NCBI GenBank assembly: GCA_950097015.1
Contig: CATNEN010000007.1
Coordinates: 3,410,001 to 3,474,000, forward strand
Length of the DNA stretch: 64,000 bases
Direction of reading: 5' to 3'
Source of the DNA: Macrostomum hystrix
Taxonomy: Eukaryota; Animalia; Platyhelminthes
Part shown: positions 24,441 through 35,825 of the stretch, piece by piece
How the letters are laid out: the number at the start of each line of letters is the position of its first letter
Position numbering within the stretch: the stretch's first letter is position 1
Made by a program: the position numbers and the translations under genes
The notes under the pieces: model-generated
The model's input: only the letters and a program-made list of their open reading frames with translations
The model's database searches: none
Told to the model about the DNA's origin: nothing

Positions 24441-26767
24441 TATATCGCATTTATACCAGTGTAATTCGTTCACTTGAAATTAGAATTATTAAAACCTTGT
24501 TCCTGCTGTCACCATTTTAATACTACTAAGTTAGGCTGTCTATATATTCGCACGATTATTATATACTTTTGTTAGCAATAAATATGCATGTTGTGGTAGT
24601 GAGTCTCAAGGTGCAGCTGTATGTATAACGCCCATGTTTTTTTCTAATTTTAAATATTATCGAAGCAGTTCCAAAATTTAAATACTGTTTTAAATTTTAA
24701 CTAAAATATATTTCATTAACTAAAAAATATATAACTCAGTTTGTAATCAAAAGCCTTTTTATTTCTTTGGTAGTATATAAAATGTAGGCCCCTATAATAA
24801 ATTGCCGAAAAAGCTGAAACTAAAAAACTAAGTTTTCGTGGATCGTTTATAGCGTCAGAAAATGTATTATTGCAGGTAATGACAGAATATATGTCAGTGT
24901 GCATTCTAGTATAAAATTTCTTCAATCTGCGAGCATCTAAACAAGTGCCAAAATTTCATCAGGACCATGGACGTACGAGAAAGTGCGTTTCTTAGATAGT
25001 TTTGAAGGCCGGTTTTCGCTAGAAATAAACTTAACGGAAAAGAAGTTTTCACTTTTTCACACAAAAACTCACACAAAGCCCTTTTTATTATTTTTACAGG
25101 TTTTTACAGAGCTTATTTGACTACAAAAGTTGTTCAACTTACTATTTTCTTTACTCTGCCTCTGTTAATAACATTAACAGGAGGGCCAAAGCATACTGTT
25201 GCAAAATTTGTAAGGCTATAGACACTGAGAGAAGTTAGTAATACAGTAATAAATTAACTTGATTACTGATTTGAGAATGGTGAAAACAAAAAGCTAGTTT
25301 CCGCGTGGTTTGCAGTTTCAGGAGTTAATGCATTTTTTCCCCTGAAAAGAAAAAATACTGCATTATCGATTTTTTAAAACTTGATAGCTATAAATAAGGA
25401 AGCTAACATCAAAAGATGAGTCTTTGAACCGCCTCCAATCAAACAGTCTTATAGTCACTAAACTTTGTGCAGGAAAGTGAAAATTTCCTTAATTTATGTG
25501 TAGTGCAATGTGCTGCTACACAAAACCTGCCTCTTAAAACTTTTTTCTATCAATAAGCTTTCTACTTCTAGGATTCATACATTCACATACATAATACATA
25601 CTTGAAAATTTATTCAAGGTAACAAAAAAAGCGTTCCAGCAATAGTTTGGATGTTTTGAATATGATTTTGAAAGTAACTACTTCTAGTATAAAGTATGTT
25701 GTTAATTAGCTTGTAATAAGTTTAATTTATCAACTGTGCAATTTAAAGAACTGTTTTATCGCGAATTTTTTCACCTTAATTTGCTGCATTACAAATTCTC
25801 CATATAATTATAAGTACGTATACGAGGTGCAGGTGTAGTTCGTTTTTTATATATCACTTTACAATGGTCTAGCATTAAATTTTCTGTAGCTAATAAAATA
25901 ATTGGACCATTTTACATTTTCCTTTTGGCGGGACACATTAAAAGAAAAATAGTTGATTATCGTGAGATCCCAGACCATATTATTACTACAAATTTGAAAC
26001 TTGCGTGTCAAACCAGTCTCGGAAAACAATCCTGTACTTTTGCCCCCGGAATTGTAGCTTTTGTTCCACAAGAGTTAGACAAAAGAACTTTGTAGTTCTC
26101 GCATTCTCATTTTGTTTGACTTTGAAATCAAACGTTCTGAAGCGTTTTAACCCCAATTTTCAGTTTGTTTACCCTATCTATCACTAAGGCTGATATGCTG
26201 CATTTGCGAATGTTCTAAGCGAAGGATATGTGACATTAGGGACATAATTGCTACACGAAATATTTAAGAAAACACGCCCTTAACTTCTTAAGCTAATATC
26301 ATTCCCATGCTATAGCTTCACTTGTTGCCAGGCAGTTTACTCCTCCCGTTTGTTGGCTGTCCGTCAAAAAGATTTCGCCCGCCAAGAATAGACACGCCTC
26401 TCCGATGTGCTCGAAATTGACCGGAACGTCCAAGCAGAGGGGGGGAGAAAGTTGGCGGCACCAGGAAGATTGGTTTCAAGCCGAAATTGCCTGGCTTTGC
26501 TCCTCAATTTTCTCGTCCAGACCCGAAAGAAATCGACAGTCGCTAAGAAGATTCTATCGGTGAATCAGCTGCCGCGCGCGGGTGCAAGCGGTCGAGTTTG
26601 CCATCGCCTGTCTCCCCTGATTTGGATCTCTATGATGTCTGGCAAATACTACGGCACATTCCCTCACCGTTCTCCAACAAGGAACCATGCTCTCAGATTG
26701 GAGGCTACAGATTAGTTAGCCCTGAGAGCATGGTGAACTCTAAGATTTTCTGAGTTCTCAAACTAGT

Positions 26768-26943
26768 TGTAAGGTGTGCGGTGATTCATTCTCGCATCGC
26801 GTCGTAAGTTGGCTTCGTAAATTGTGCAATGCGATGTACATTCTCTGGTGTACATAGCCAAATATAAAGTCGCTCACTTGAGGCTTTAGTCACCTCGTGT
26901 TTCTCGGTTCTCGCGCAAGTCTCGCCTTCTGACCTAGTTTACA
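26768..26943 (+). repeat. 5' LTR (176 bp)
   Basis: tgtaaggtgtgcgg...gacctagtttaca; contains TATAAA. Confidence 0.96.
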
Positions 26944-26944
26944 T

Positions 26945-26956
26945 TGGTGGCAGCGG
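26945..26956 (+). promoter_or_regulatory. Primer-binding site complementary to the 3' end of tRNA-Leu (TGGTGGCAGCGG)
   Basis: Starts 1 nt after the 5' LTR. It is the reverse complement of ...CCGCTGCCA-CCA, the 3' end of metazoan tRNA-Leu(AAG/TAG) as I recall it. Confidence 0.8.
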
Positions 26957-26984
26957 TCTCTATCTCAAGTCGGCCCACTCACTC

Positions 26985-27821
26985 ATGGCGCACGCCAATG
27001 CACTTTTGCCACCCAAGTTTTCCGGCTCAGACGATGCCGACATCAACATGTGGCTGCAAATGTTTGAGGACTTCGCCACGGATTCCGAGTGGGACGACAA
27101 AAAGATGGCATCGAAAATCCGGCTGCTCTTATCTGGCGAGGCGCTCGTCTTCGTGTGGGACCTGCCGGAGGAGAAGAAGAAGAGCTTCGCGACCATCAAG
27201 GACGAGCTGGTCAAGTTCTACCGTGGCAAGGAGAACTCGTTCTGCGCCATGTCGGAGTTCGAGAGCCGGAAGCGACGCCAAGGAGAGTCGCTGAGGGAGC
27301 TGTGCCACGCTCTCAAGCTCCTGTACCGGAAGGCACGCCCTGACCACGATCAGACGGTGAGAGACTGCGAAGTGCGACACCGACTGCTGGCTCTGCTGTC
27401 GAAGGAGATTCGCGAAGCGTTGCTGAAAGACGCTGACTGCAGCAGCAGCAGCCCGGAGCAGCTGGCGGACCGCGCCACGGCTCTTGAGAGCATCGGCGGC
27501 AGAGGCGCCTCTGCAAGCATCGCGGTAACATCGGTGAGCAGCCAAGTGGTGGACCGGCTGGAGCAGATGCAGGAGCAGCTGGCGGACCTGGCTGCGACAG
27601 TCGCCACCATCAGCAGCCGTGGACAGCGCGGTGCGCGAGGAAGAGGAGCTCGGGGGAGAGGCAGCGGTCGCGGGAAATGCTTCAACTGCGCTCAGCCCGG
27701 CCATTTCGCGGCCCAGTGCCCCAGGCAGGCCGCGCCAGCCGTGCCGCCCGTGTGCAGCCGCTGCTCAGGCAAAGGGCACCGGGCCGAGGTCTGCCCGACC
27801 CCGGCCTCGGGAAACTTCTGA
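26985..27821 (+). CDS. gag: Retrotransposon Gag with two CCHC zinc knuckles
   Basis: PPKFSGSDDADINMWLQMFE capsid-like start; CFNCAQPGHFAAQC and CSRCSGKGHRAEVC (CX2CX4HX4C). Confidence 0.93.
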   Translation: MAHANALLPPKFSGSDDADINMWLQMFEDFATDSEWDDKKMASKIRLLLSGEALVFVWDLPEEKKKSFATIKDELVKFYRGKENSFCAMSEFESRKRRQGESLRELCHALKLLYRKARPDHDQTVRDCEVRHRLLALLSKEIREALLKDADCSSSSPEQLADRATALESIGGRGASASIAVTSVSSQVVDRLEQMQEQLADLAATVATISSRGQRGARGRGARGRGSGRGKCFNCAQPGHFAAQCPRQAAPAVPPVCSRCSGKGHRAEVCPTPASGNF

Positions 27822-27867
27822 GGACTGGTGACCGTGGGCCATCACCAGCCCTGCCTAGCAAGGCCCA
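27809..27867 (+). promoter_or_regulatory. -1 ribosomal frameshift signal: G_GGA_AAC heptamer plus H-type pseudoknot
   Basis: Heptamer at 27809-27815 in the gag frame; pol is in the -1 frame. Stem1 CTGGTGA(27825-31)/TCACCAG(27842-48); stem2 TGGGCC(27835-40)/GGCCCA(27862-67). Confidence 0.8.
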
Positions 27868-30034
27868 AACCGCTTCGCTCTTCCTGCCCGGCAGCATCGC
27901 AGGCCGGCCCTGCAGGTGGCTGTTCGACACGGGCGCGCAGGTGACGCTCGTATCAGCTGCCCAGTTTCGAGCTCTGGGAGTCGCAGCTCAGCTTCATCCG
28001 CCTCTCAGCACTCCGGTCGGGATCGATGGTCGACGCTTGGAGTCTCCGGCATGCGCAACGCTGGCCATTCAGCTGGGCGGACTGCCGCCCATGGAGCACC
28101 CGGTGACGGTGGTCGCCGACATTCAGCCGGAATGCGTGCTCGGCATGGACGCCATCAGCAAGATGTGCTCAACCTTCAGCGTGGATCTCATGTCGTCTTC
28201 TGTCCTGCTGGGGTCAACCAGGATCCCAGTCCTGCCAGACAGGAACTCCATGCCGGCCTGCCGGGTGGTGCCCACCGCCGTGGTCGCCAGAGTCGCCAGC
28301 ACCGTGTCCATCCCAGCCCGCAGCCGCGTCATCATCCCGGTCAAGGTGGCATCGTACGTTGAGCAGGGTCTGTTCGAGCCCAGCTCTGACTTCGTCGACA
28401 AGACCGGCCTGCTGCCGAACCGGGCTCTGGTGGTCTCCAGCGCGGACGGCAACCTGCCGGTGGGAGTCTGCAACCTGAGCGCCGACCCGGTGGTGCTCTA
28501 CCAGAATCAGGCCATCGGCAACTTCGACGCTGCCGAGCCTCACGGGCCCGACGGTGAAGCTGCGGAGGAGGCCGGCTTCAACATCAACCCGGAGCTGAGC
28601 CGGTCGCAGCGCGAGGTCATCGAAGCCCTGCTGAACCAGCATGAGCTGGCATTCGCCAGTCACGAGTTCGACCTGGGGACCACGCACCTACTGCAGCACG
28701 AGATCAACCTGGAACCCGGCAGCCGCCCCATCAAGCACAGGCAGCGGACAGTGCCACTGAACTTCAGACAGCAGGTGGACGACAAGATCAGCGAGATGCT
28801 GCGTCACGGGATCATCGAACCGTCATGCAGTCCGTGGGCGAGCAATCTGCTGGTGGTGCGCAAGAAAAACAACGAAATCCGCATCTGCACCGACTGGAGG
28901 GCCCTCAACTCGTGCACCGTGAAGGACGCCTACCCGCTGCCGCCGCTGTCTGTCGCTCTGGACGCGCTCACTGGCAGCAGCTGGTTCAGCACGCTCGATC
29001 TCCGCCAAGGGTTCCTGCAGGTCGAGCTGCGCGAGCAGGACCGGGAGAAGACCGCCTTCTACACCACGCAAGGCCTGATGCAGTACAGGAAGCTCGGCTT
29101 CGGCCTCTGCAACGCCCCGGCGACCTTCCAGCGCCTGATGGACTTGACGATGGCGGGCCTGAACTGGACGGAGGTGCTCACCTACATGGACGACCTGATC
29201 CTGTTCAGCACGACGTTCGAGCAGCACGCGCAGACGCTGAAGGAAGTCCTGGGAAGGCTGCAGTCGGCGGGCCTCAAGCTGAACAAGCGCAAGAGCTGCT
29301 TCTGCTTCCAGGAGGTCGAGTACCTGGGGCACAAGATTTCGGCCGATGGGATCCAGCCAACCCAGGACAAGGTCAGCGCCATCCAGTCCATCCCGACGCC
29401 CGAGTGCGCTGAGGACGTTCGCCGGCTCGTCGGCATGCTGGGCTTCTACCGGCGGTTCGTGCCGCACTTCGCCAGCATTGCGAATCCGCTGCACCAGGCG
29501 ACTCAGAAAAGTCGGCAGTTTCGGTGGACGGCAGAGTGCGAGGCAGCCCTGCGCGAGCTGAAGTCGGCGCTGTCGGCACCCCCAGTGCTGAAGCTGCCGG
29601 ATTTCTCCAAGGGATTCCGGCTGTGCTGCGACAGCAGCGGCGTGGCCATCGCAGGAGTCCTCAGCCAGCTCCACGAAGGCGTCGAATGCCCGGTCGCCTA
29701 CGCGTCGAGAGTCCTGAATAAGGCAGAGCGCAATTACTCGACCACCCACAGAGAGCTTCTGGCGGTCGTGTGGGCCATGAAGCACTTCCGGAACTACTTG
29801 GCGTCCGCCGGCGAAATTCTCGTCTTCTCCGACCACAAGCCGCTGCAAGGGCTGCTGAACACCAAGGAACCCGAAAACGCCGACCCACCCGCTGCAGAGA
29901 GCGACCGGCCGCCCAGTCCGGCTGCCGACCCGCGTGAGACCTGGCAGGAGCTGCTGGACGAACCGGCGCCTGCTGGGCCCAGACGCTCGAATCGGACTCG
30001 GAGGCAGCCAGATTTTTTTGTCGCGCAATTTTGA
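27815..30034 (+). CDS. pol: Retrotransposon Pol (aspartic protease, reverse transcriptase, RNase H; no integrase)
   Basis: LFDTGAQV protease; PSCSPWASNLLVVRKK, ICTDWRALN, LDLRQGFLQ and YMDD RT motifs; CDSS, ERNYSTTHRELLAVV and DHKPL RNase H motifs. The ORF then jumps directly to an RRSNRTRRQP tail. Confidence 0.93.
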   Translation, partial: LLRTGDRGPSPALPSKAQTASLFLPGSIAGRPCRWLFDTGAQVTLVSAAQFRALGVAAQLHPPLSTPVGIDGRRLESPACATLAIQLGGLPPMEHPVTVVADIQPECVLGMDAISKMCSTFSVDLMSSSVLLGSTRIPVLPDRNSMPACRVVPTAVVARVASTVSIPARSRVIIPVKVASYVEQGLFEPSSDFVDKTGLLPNRALVVSSADGNLPVGVCNLSADPVVLYQNQAIGNFDAAEPHGPDGEAAEEAGFNINPELSRSQREVIEALLNQHELAFASHEFDLGTTHLLQHEINLEPGSRPIKHRQRTVPLNFRQQVDDKISEMLRHGIIEPSCSPWASNLLVVRKKNNEIRICTDWRALNSCTVKDAYPLPPLSVALDALTGSSWFSTLDLRQGFLQVELREQDREKTAFYTTQGLMQYRKLGFGLCNAPATFQRLMDLTMAGLNWTEVLTYMDDLILFSTTFEQHAQTLKEVLGRLQSAGLKLNKRKSCFCFQEVEYLGHKISADGIQPTQDKVSAIQSIPTPECAEDVRRLVGMLGFYRRFVPHFASIANPLHQATQKSRQFRWTAECEAALRELKSALSAPPVLKLPDFSKGFRLCCDSSGVAIAGVLSQLHEGVECPVAYASRVLNKAERNYSTTHRELLAVVWAMKHFRNYLASAGEILVFSDHKPLQGLLNTKEPENADPPAAESDRPPSPAADPRETWQELLDEPAPAGPRRSNRTRRQPDFFVAQF

Positions 30035-30148
30035 GCTGCTAACTATTTGTTTGTTCTTATAAAGCTTGTAGTGCATCATTTTAAGCTGCCTAAAATATTT
30101 GTTTATTTTTTTTCTGTTTTTAATGTCCTCAATTTAGGGATGGAGTGA

Positions 30149-30324
30149 TGTAAGGTGTGCGGTGATTCATTCTCGCATCGCGTCGTAAGTTGGCTTCGTA
30201 AATTGTGCAATGCGATGTACATTCTCTGGTGTACATAGCCAAATATAAAGTCGCTCACTTGAGGCTTTAGTCACCTCGTGTTTCTCGGTTCTCGCGCAAG
30301 TCTCGCCTTCTGACCTAGTTTACA
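30149..30324 (+). repeat. 3' LTR (176 bp)
   Basis: Same sequence as the 5' LTR, followed by the TAGT TSD. Confidence 0.96.
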
Positions 30325-31452
30325 TAGTCATTTTATTCGAATATCAATGTACACGTGTCTCTGTTGATATCTGTTTCACCTGTTGCTACTGCTTATTCCT
30401 CTTCTCAGCAAACAGACTGCAATCTGGCAGGGAGATACTTATAAATTAGTTTGCTAAATTGATTTTTACACGAAGGAATGTTGGATGACTAGCTGAAGAC
30501 TTCCATTCTTATAATTGTCTTAGGCAAATATTGGCAAACACTCCTGGCGCGTCATATTGTACACCCCTAACATCTGACCCAACTTGGTTAGACATCATTG
30601 ATTTCTATCTATGCTCCATTAACCAATTATTAAACCAAACTCCACTAAAAATTCCTTTTAGTCGTTTCATAACAGACCCAACTCCGACACAACCAACGCC
30701 AACCCTGCAGCAAAGCAAAGATGAGAACAGAAAGCAGAGCTCTGTCGAGTATTCAGCGAATTGTAATTAAGAGTTTGGGATGCGGATCCTCACGGTTGGC
30801 CCGGCTTCATCATATTTCCCAGCGTCTAGCTCCCCCCGGCGCCTTTCTCACTCCACTTCCCCTGTCTCTTGAGCACACAAATTCGTATTCTTTGAGTCAA
30901 ACTTCAGTTCCTCAGTGCCGCATCTTGTAGGGCCTCCTCCTGAACGCGACGAGGATAATAAGACGGAGGAGAGCCCGAAGATGAGAGGGAAGATGACAGA
31001 TATTGTGAGGAGATTGGGGATAGGTAATTTCAATTACGCAGAGTCGCTTTTCCTACCTTTATATATTTTTTGGAATTATGCCCAGCATAATATATTAATA
31101 TGAGACTGCCACTACTGGATCTTGCAGTCCGTTTCCTATTTGATTGAAAGAATAAGTTTTTAACTTCGAGCAAAAGCCGGTAGAGCGGACAGGAGCAGTT
31201 CAGAAAGATGGAAAGAGAAGTTGGTTAAGGGTTTGCACCGGGCCAATCTTTCTATACAAATTGAGTGCCTACTGGGTCTCATTTTCTCCCTAGTGCTATT
31301 TTTAGCTGGGTCAGAAAAAAAGCATGGAAATTAAATTGCACTTTAAATACAGGTAGCGGGACCAGGGCAGCTCTAAAGATGCCTATATGTGAAAGCCAAT
31401 TACCTTTTAATTCACTCATTGGGTCGCTTAGAGACGCTTAAAGAAGAAAGCA

Positions 31453-32967
31453 CTTACTGAATCACACTGCACACTCACTGAATCACACTGCACACTCACT
31501 GAATCACACTGCACACTCACTGAATCACACTGCACACTTACTCAGCCACACTGCACACTCACTGAATCACACTGCACACTCACTCAGCCACACTGCACAC
31601 TCACTGAATCACACTGCACACTCACTGAAACACACTGCGCACTCACTGAATCACACTGCACACTCACTCAGCCACACTGCACACTCACTGAATCACATTG
31701 CACACTTACTGAATCACACTACACACTCGCTGAATCACACTGCACACTCACTGAATCACACTGCACACTCACTGAATCACACTGCACGCTCACTGAAACA
31801 CATTGCACACTCACTGAAACACACTGCACACTCACTGAAACACACTGCACACTTACTGAATCACACTACACACTCACTGAATCACACTGCACACTCACTG
31901 AAATACACTGCACACTCACTGAATCACACTGCACACTCACTGAATCACACTGCACATTCACACAGCCACACTGCACACTCACTGAATCACACTGCACACT
32001 TACTGAATCACACTGCACACTCACTGAAACACACTGCACACTCACTGAATCACACTGCACACTTACTGAATCACACTACACACTCACTGAAACACATTGC
32101 ACACTCACTGAAACACACTGCACACTCACTGAAACACACTGCACACTTACTGAATCACACTACACACTCACTGAATCACACTGCACACTCACTGAAATAC
32201 ACTGCACACTCACTGAATCACACTGCACACTTACTGAATCACACTACACACTCACTGAAACACACTGCACACTCACTGAATCACACTGCACACTCACTGA
32301 AACACACTGCACACTTACTGAATCACACTACACACTCACTGAATCACACTGCACACTCACTGAAATACACTGCACACTCACTGAATCACACTGCACATTC
32401 ACACAGCCACACTGCACACTCACTGAATCACACTGCACACTTACTGAATCACACTGCACACTCACTGAAACACACTGCACACTCACTGAATCACACTGCA
32501 CACTTACTGAATCACACTGCACACTCACTGAATCACACTGCACACTCACTGAAACACATTGCACACTCACTGAAACACACTGCACACTCACTGAATCACA
32601 CTGCACACTCACTCAGCCACACTACACACTCACTGAATCACACTGCACACTCACTGAATCACACTACACACTCACTGAATCACACTACACACTCACTGAA
32701 TCACACTGCACACTCACTGAATCACACTGCACACTCACTGAATCACACTACACACTCACTGAATCACACTGCACACTCACTGAATCACACTGCACACTCA
32801 CTGAAACACACTGCACACTCACTGAATCACACTACACACTCACTGAATCACACTGCACACTCACTGAATCACACTACACACTCACTGAATCACACTACAC
32901 ACTCACTGAATCACACTGCACACTCACTGAATCACACTACACACTCACTGAATCACACTGCACACTC
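31453..32967. repeat. 21-bp minisatellite (ACTGAATCACACTGCACACTC)n
   Basis: Directly visible tandem array. Confidence 0.95.
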
Positions 32968-34274
32968 TGCAGTTTCCATTATCAAAAGTTCAAGCCCACA
33001 GTCCTGAAACTGCAGAGCAGCCTTGAGTCTGACTCAGGTAGAGAAAGTGAAGAGAGCTCAGGGCGAGAAAAAGTAAAAAAGGGTGCCACGCGCGACATGA
33101 CGGACAGACATGGAGACGCCAGCGGGTGAGCAGTGGTTCTAAAAGTTTGCAGAAAAATATTTGTTTAAAAAAAGTTAGAAGGAATAGAGAAGTGAGAGAT
33201 GGAGCAGTGTTTGTGTATACAGGCTGCAATCCCTACCCACAACTGCCAGTGCACTGAGCAGTCCCGAAAGTTGAGTATATGAAAAAGTGGGAAAGAAAAA
33301 AACCTTACTCCAACGATAAATTTGATTGCGACACTAAAGCAGCGGCTCGCCTACCCACATTCGTTCGCTCACTCAAACCGCTAATTGCTAAACATTTTCT
33401 TATTTAAGCATTAGGCCAATGGTCAAGACAATTTAGAGTCCAATGCATTATTCATTTATCATAGAGCGACTATTCTTGCACCCCAATCTCAATATTCACT
33501 CCTTATAATTCCACTGGATTGTAACTCTATGCATTTTTCTTTACTAAGATCTCTCTAGTCCGTTCTCTCGCTTCATTAGCGCTTACAAAATACACAGCTT
33601 TAGTCCCACACACACTAGCCATACGCACTAGAATACCTATTCTATACGCATTCCTTTGTCCTGATCCCTGCTCAAAGCCTTGTCTCCACCCACTGCTAAC
33701 CCTCGGCTCCATCACCAACAGCTTCCCTGTAAATTTCTCTCCCCATGCATCGTCCGACTAAAGAATTTGCTAGCCAAGATTTCTCATCTCACAGTTTGAG
33801 ATTGCTCACCGGACTCAAGAAACGGATAGAAAGTATAGGCATTCCGACCTCCTAGTACTCTGGGATAAGCGCAGAATTAGGTGAGAATTAATCTCAAGCA
33901 CGCTGAACAGAAAAGTGCTGATCTTTGCTCTCCCGCCTAAATCCTTGCCACTCAGGTAAAATTTAGGATTAGACTTGCGTAGAGGGGATGCGGGATGGCG
34001 GTTCAGTAGCTAAGCCTCACGGGATAAAAGGGCCAGGTAAGCAAAGAGGCAAGGGCCATCATCGCCTATGCATCGATATTAGAACCTGTGATTCTTTGTG
34101 TCTTATTAGAGTTGAGACTGCACTTCCGCCCACCTGCCACCTGCTTCACCTGGCCCTGTCCAACTCTAAGGTGTGCAAGCACAAGATGATGAACCCTGTC
34201 CTTAACATTTGACTGGTGGCATAGTAAAATTATTGCACATCCCGGCCCGGATAACTCTGACACTTTCCAGAGAT

Positions 34275-34630
34275 ACATCTCTCCCCTGTCTCATCTCTCC
34301 CCTGTCTCATCTCTCCCCTGTCTCATCTCTCCCCTGTCTCATCTCTCCCCTGTCTCATCTCTCCCCTGTCTCATCTCTCCCCTGTCTCATCTCTCCCCTG
34401 TCTCATCTCTCCCCTGTCTCATCTCTCCCCTGTCTCATCTCTCCCCTGTCTCATCTCTCCCCTGTCTTATCTCTCCCCTGTCTCATCTCTCCCCTGTCTC
34501 ATCTCTCCCCTGTCTCATCTCTCCCCTGTCTCATCTCTCCCCTGTCTCATCTCTCCCCTGTCTCATCTCTCCCCTGTCTCATCTCTCCCCTGTCTCATCT
34601 CTCCCCTGTCTCATCTCTCCCCTGTCTCAT
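34275..34630. repeat. 16-bp minisatellite (TCTCATCTCTCCCCTG)n
   Basis: Nearly homogeneous array; related in reverse complement to the array inside the hAT element. Confidence 0.95.
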
Positions 34631-35324
34631 CTCGTCATGTCGCCTCTTGTTGGACCGCAAAGCAGTTGTCGTACCCCCAAACCCTACCATTTCCTAGAAA
34701 AAGCTTCCCCAGATCATTGATTTCATATCAAGCCGATCCACCAATGATTCGCTTATAACCCCGATTTCTGATTTGATTTCTGATACTGATTTCTGGCGCA
34801 AATCAAATCGTTAAACTCCCACCCATTAAAGCATAAAGTCCATAATTTGGTTTCTATAACTATAAAAAGAAACAGCGATTTTTTTAACAGGGTAAGAATT
34901 TTGCTTGGTTAAATCTTACACGCCAAGTTTTAAACCGCAGCTGCCGCGCATCGTGTGTGTGTGTGCCTAAAACAGCTTTTTATCCCTCAGAATTTTCTCT
35001 CCCTTCGTCTTCATCGTCATCCTCGCCATTTTCACACACAACTTGTCAAAGCTGTTTCCTGGATCTGCTTCCTAATCACACACGGCCTCGCTAAAACGGA
35101 GGGCGCTGAAAAGCAAACGTATAGGGATTTTTTTCTTAGAAAAAACTTCGTCCAATAAGTTGAAGTCCAAATTGTCGGTGCATTAATTTTCGGCGCTTTT
35201 CAGCAACGGGAATGTCTAATTGAACTTATTGAACCGGACCTAGATCAGCTGATATAAATAGTTTTTTTTGGCCTAAATGTAGATGTACTTTGTAAAATGT
35301 AACAAATGTAAAACAACAAATGTA

Positions 35325-35825
35325 AAATCGAAGCAGGAATCGAAGCAGGAATAGAAGCAGGAATCGAAGCAGGAATCGAAGCAGGAATCAAAGCAGGAAT
35401 CGAAGCAGGAATCGCACCAAAAATCGACACTGGAACGAAAATGCTAGAACGGAATTAGTTACCGAGGCGAGTATCGACGAAGGAATCGTAGCAAGAATCG
35501 AAGCAGGAACCAATTCTAGAATCGAACTGGTAACCGGAGCTAGTATCGAAGCAGGATTTGTAGCTAGAATCGTAGCAAGAATCGAAGCAAGAACCAATTC
35601 TAGAATCGAACTGGTAACCGGAGCTAGTATCAAATCAGCATTTGTAGCTAGAATCGTAGCAAGAATCGAAGCAAGAATCGAAGCAAGAACCAATTTTAGA
35701 AACGAATTGGGAACCGGAGCTAGTATCGAAGCAGGATTTGTAGCTAGAATCGTAGCAAGAATCGAAGCAAGAACCAATTCAAGAATCGAACTTGTAACCG
35801 GAGCTAGTATCGAAGCAGGTATCGT
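35325..35825. repeat. 12-bp (AATCGAAGCAGG)n array grading into a composite higher-order repeat
   Basis: aatcgaagcagg/aatcgtagcaag units with recurring gaactggtaaccggagctagtatc blocks. Confidence 0.8.

Larger units (their letters stand above)
26768..30324 (+). mobile_element. Ty3/Gypsy LTR retrotransposon, integrase-deleted, recently inserted
   Basis: TG...CA LTRs at 26768-26943 and 30149-30324, identical by eye. 4-bp TSD TAGT. PBS TGGTGGCAGCGG at 26945-26956; purine-rich PPT at 30136-30148. Order is gag-PR-RT-RNaseH. Confidence 0.96.

Noticed and set aside
26400-26760. LDLYDVWQILRH-like peptide resembling an L1 endonuclease motif next to the LTR
   Set aside because: Too short, and no continuation on the other side of the LTR insertion.
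28823-30079. 418-aa minus-strand ORF over pol, and similar antisense ORFs over the receptor exons
   Set aside because: Antisense shadows of GC-rich, codon-biased coding sequence with no recognisable motifs.
33480-33720. Possible decayed LINE endonuclease (NAYRIGILVR-like) on the minus strand
   Set aside because: One weak motif with stops; cannot be supported without a profile search.
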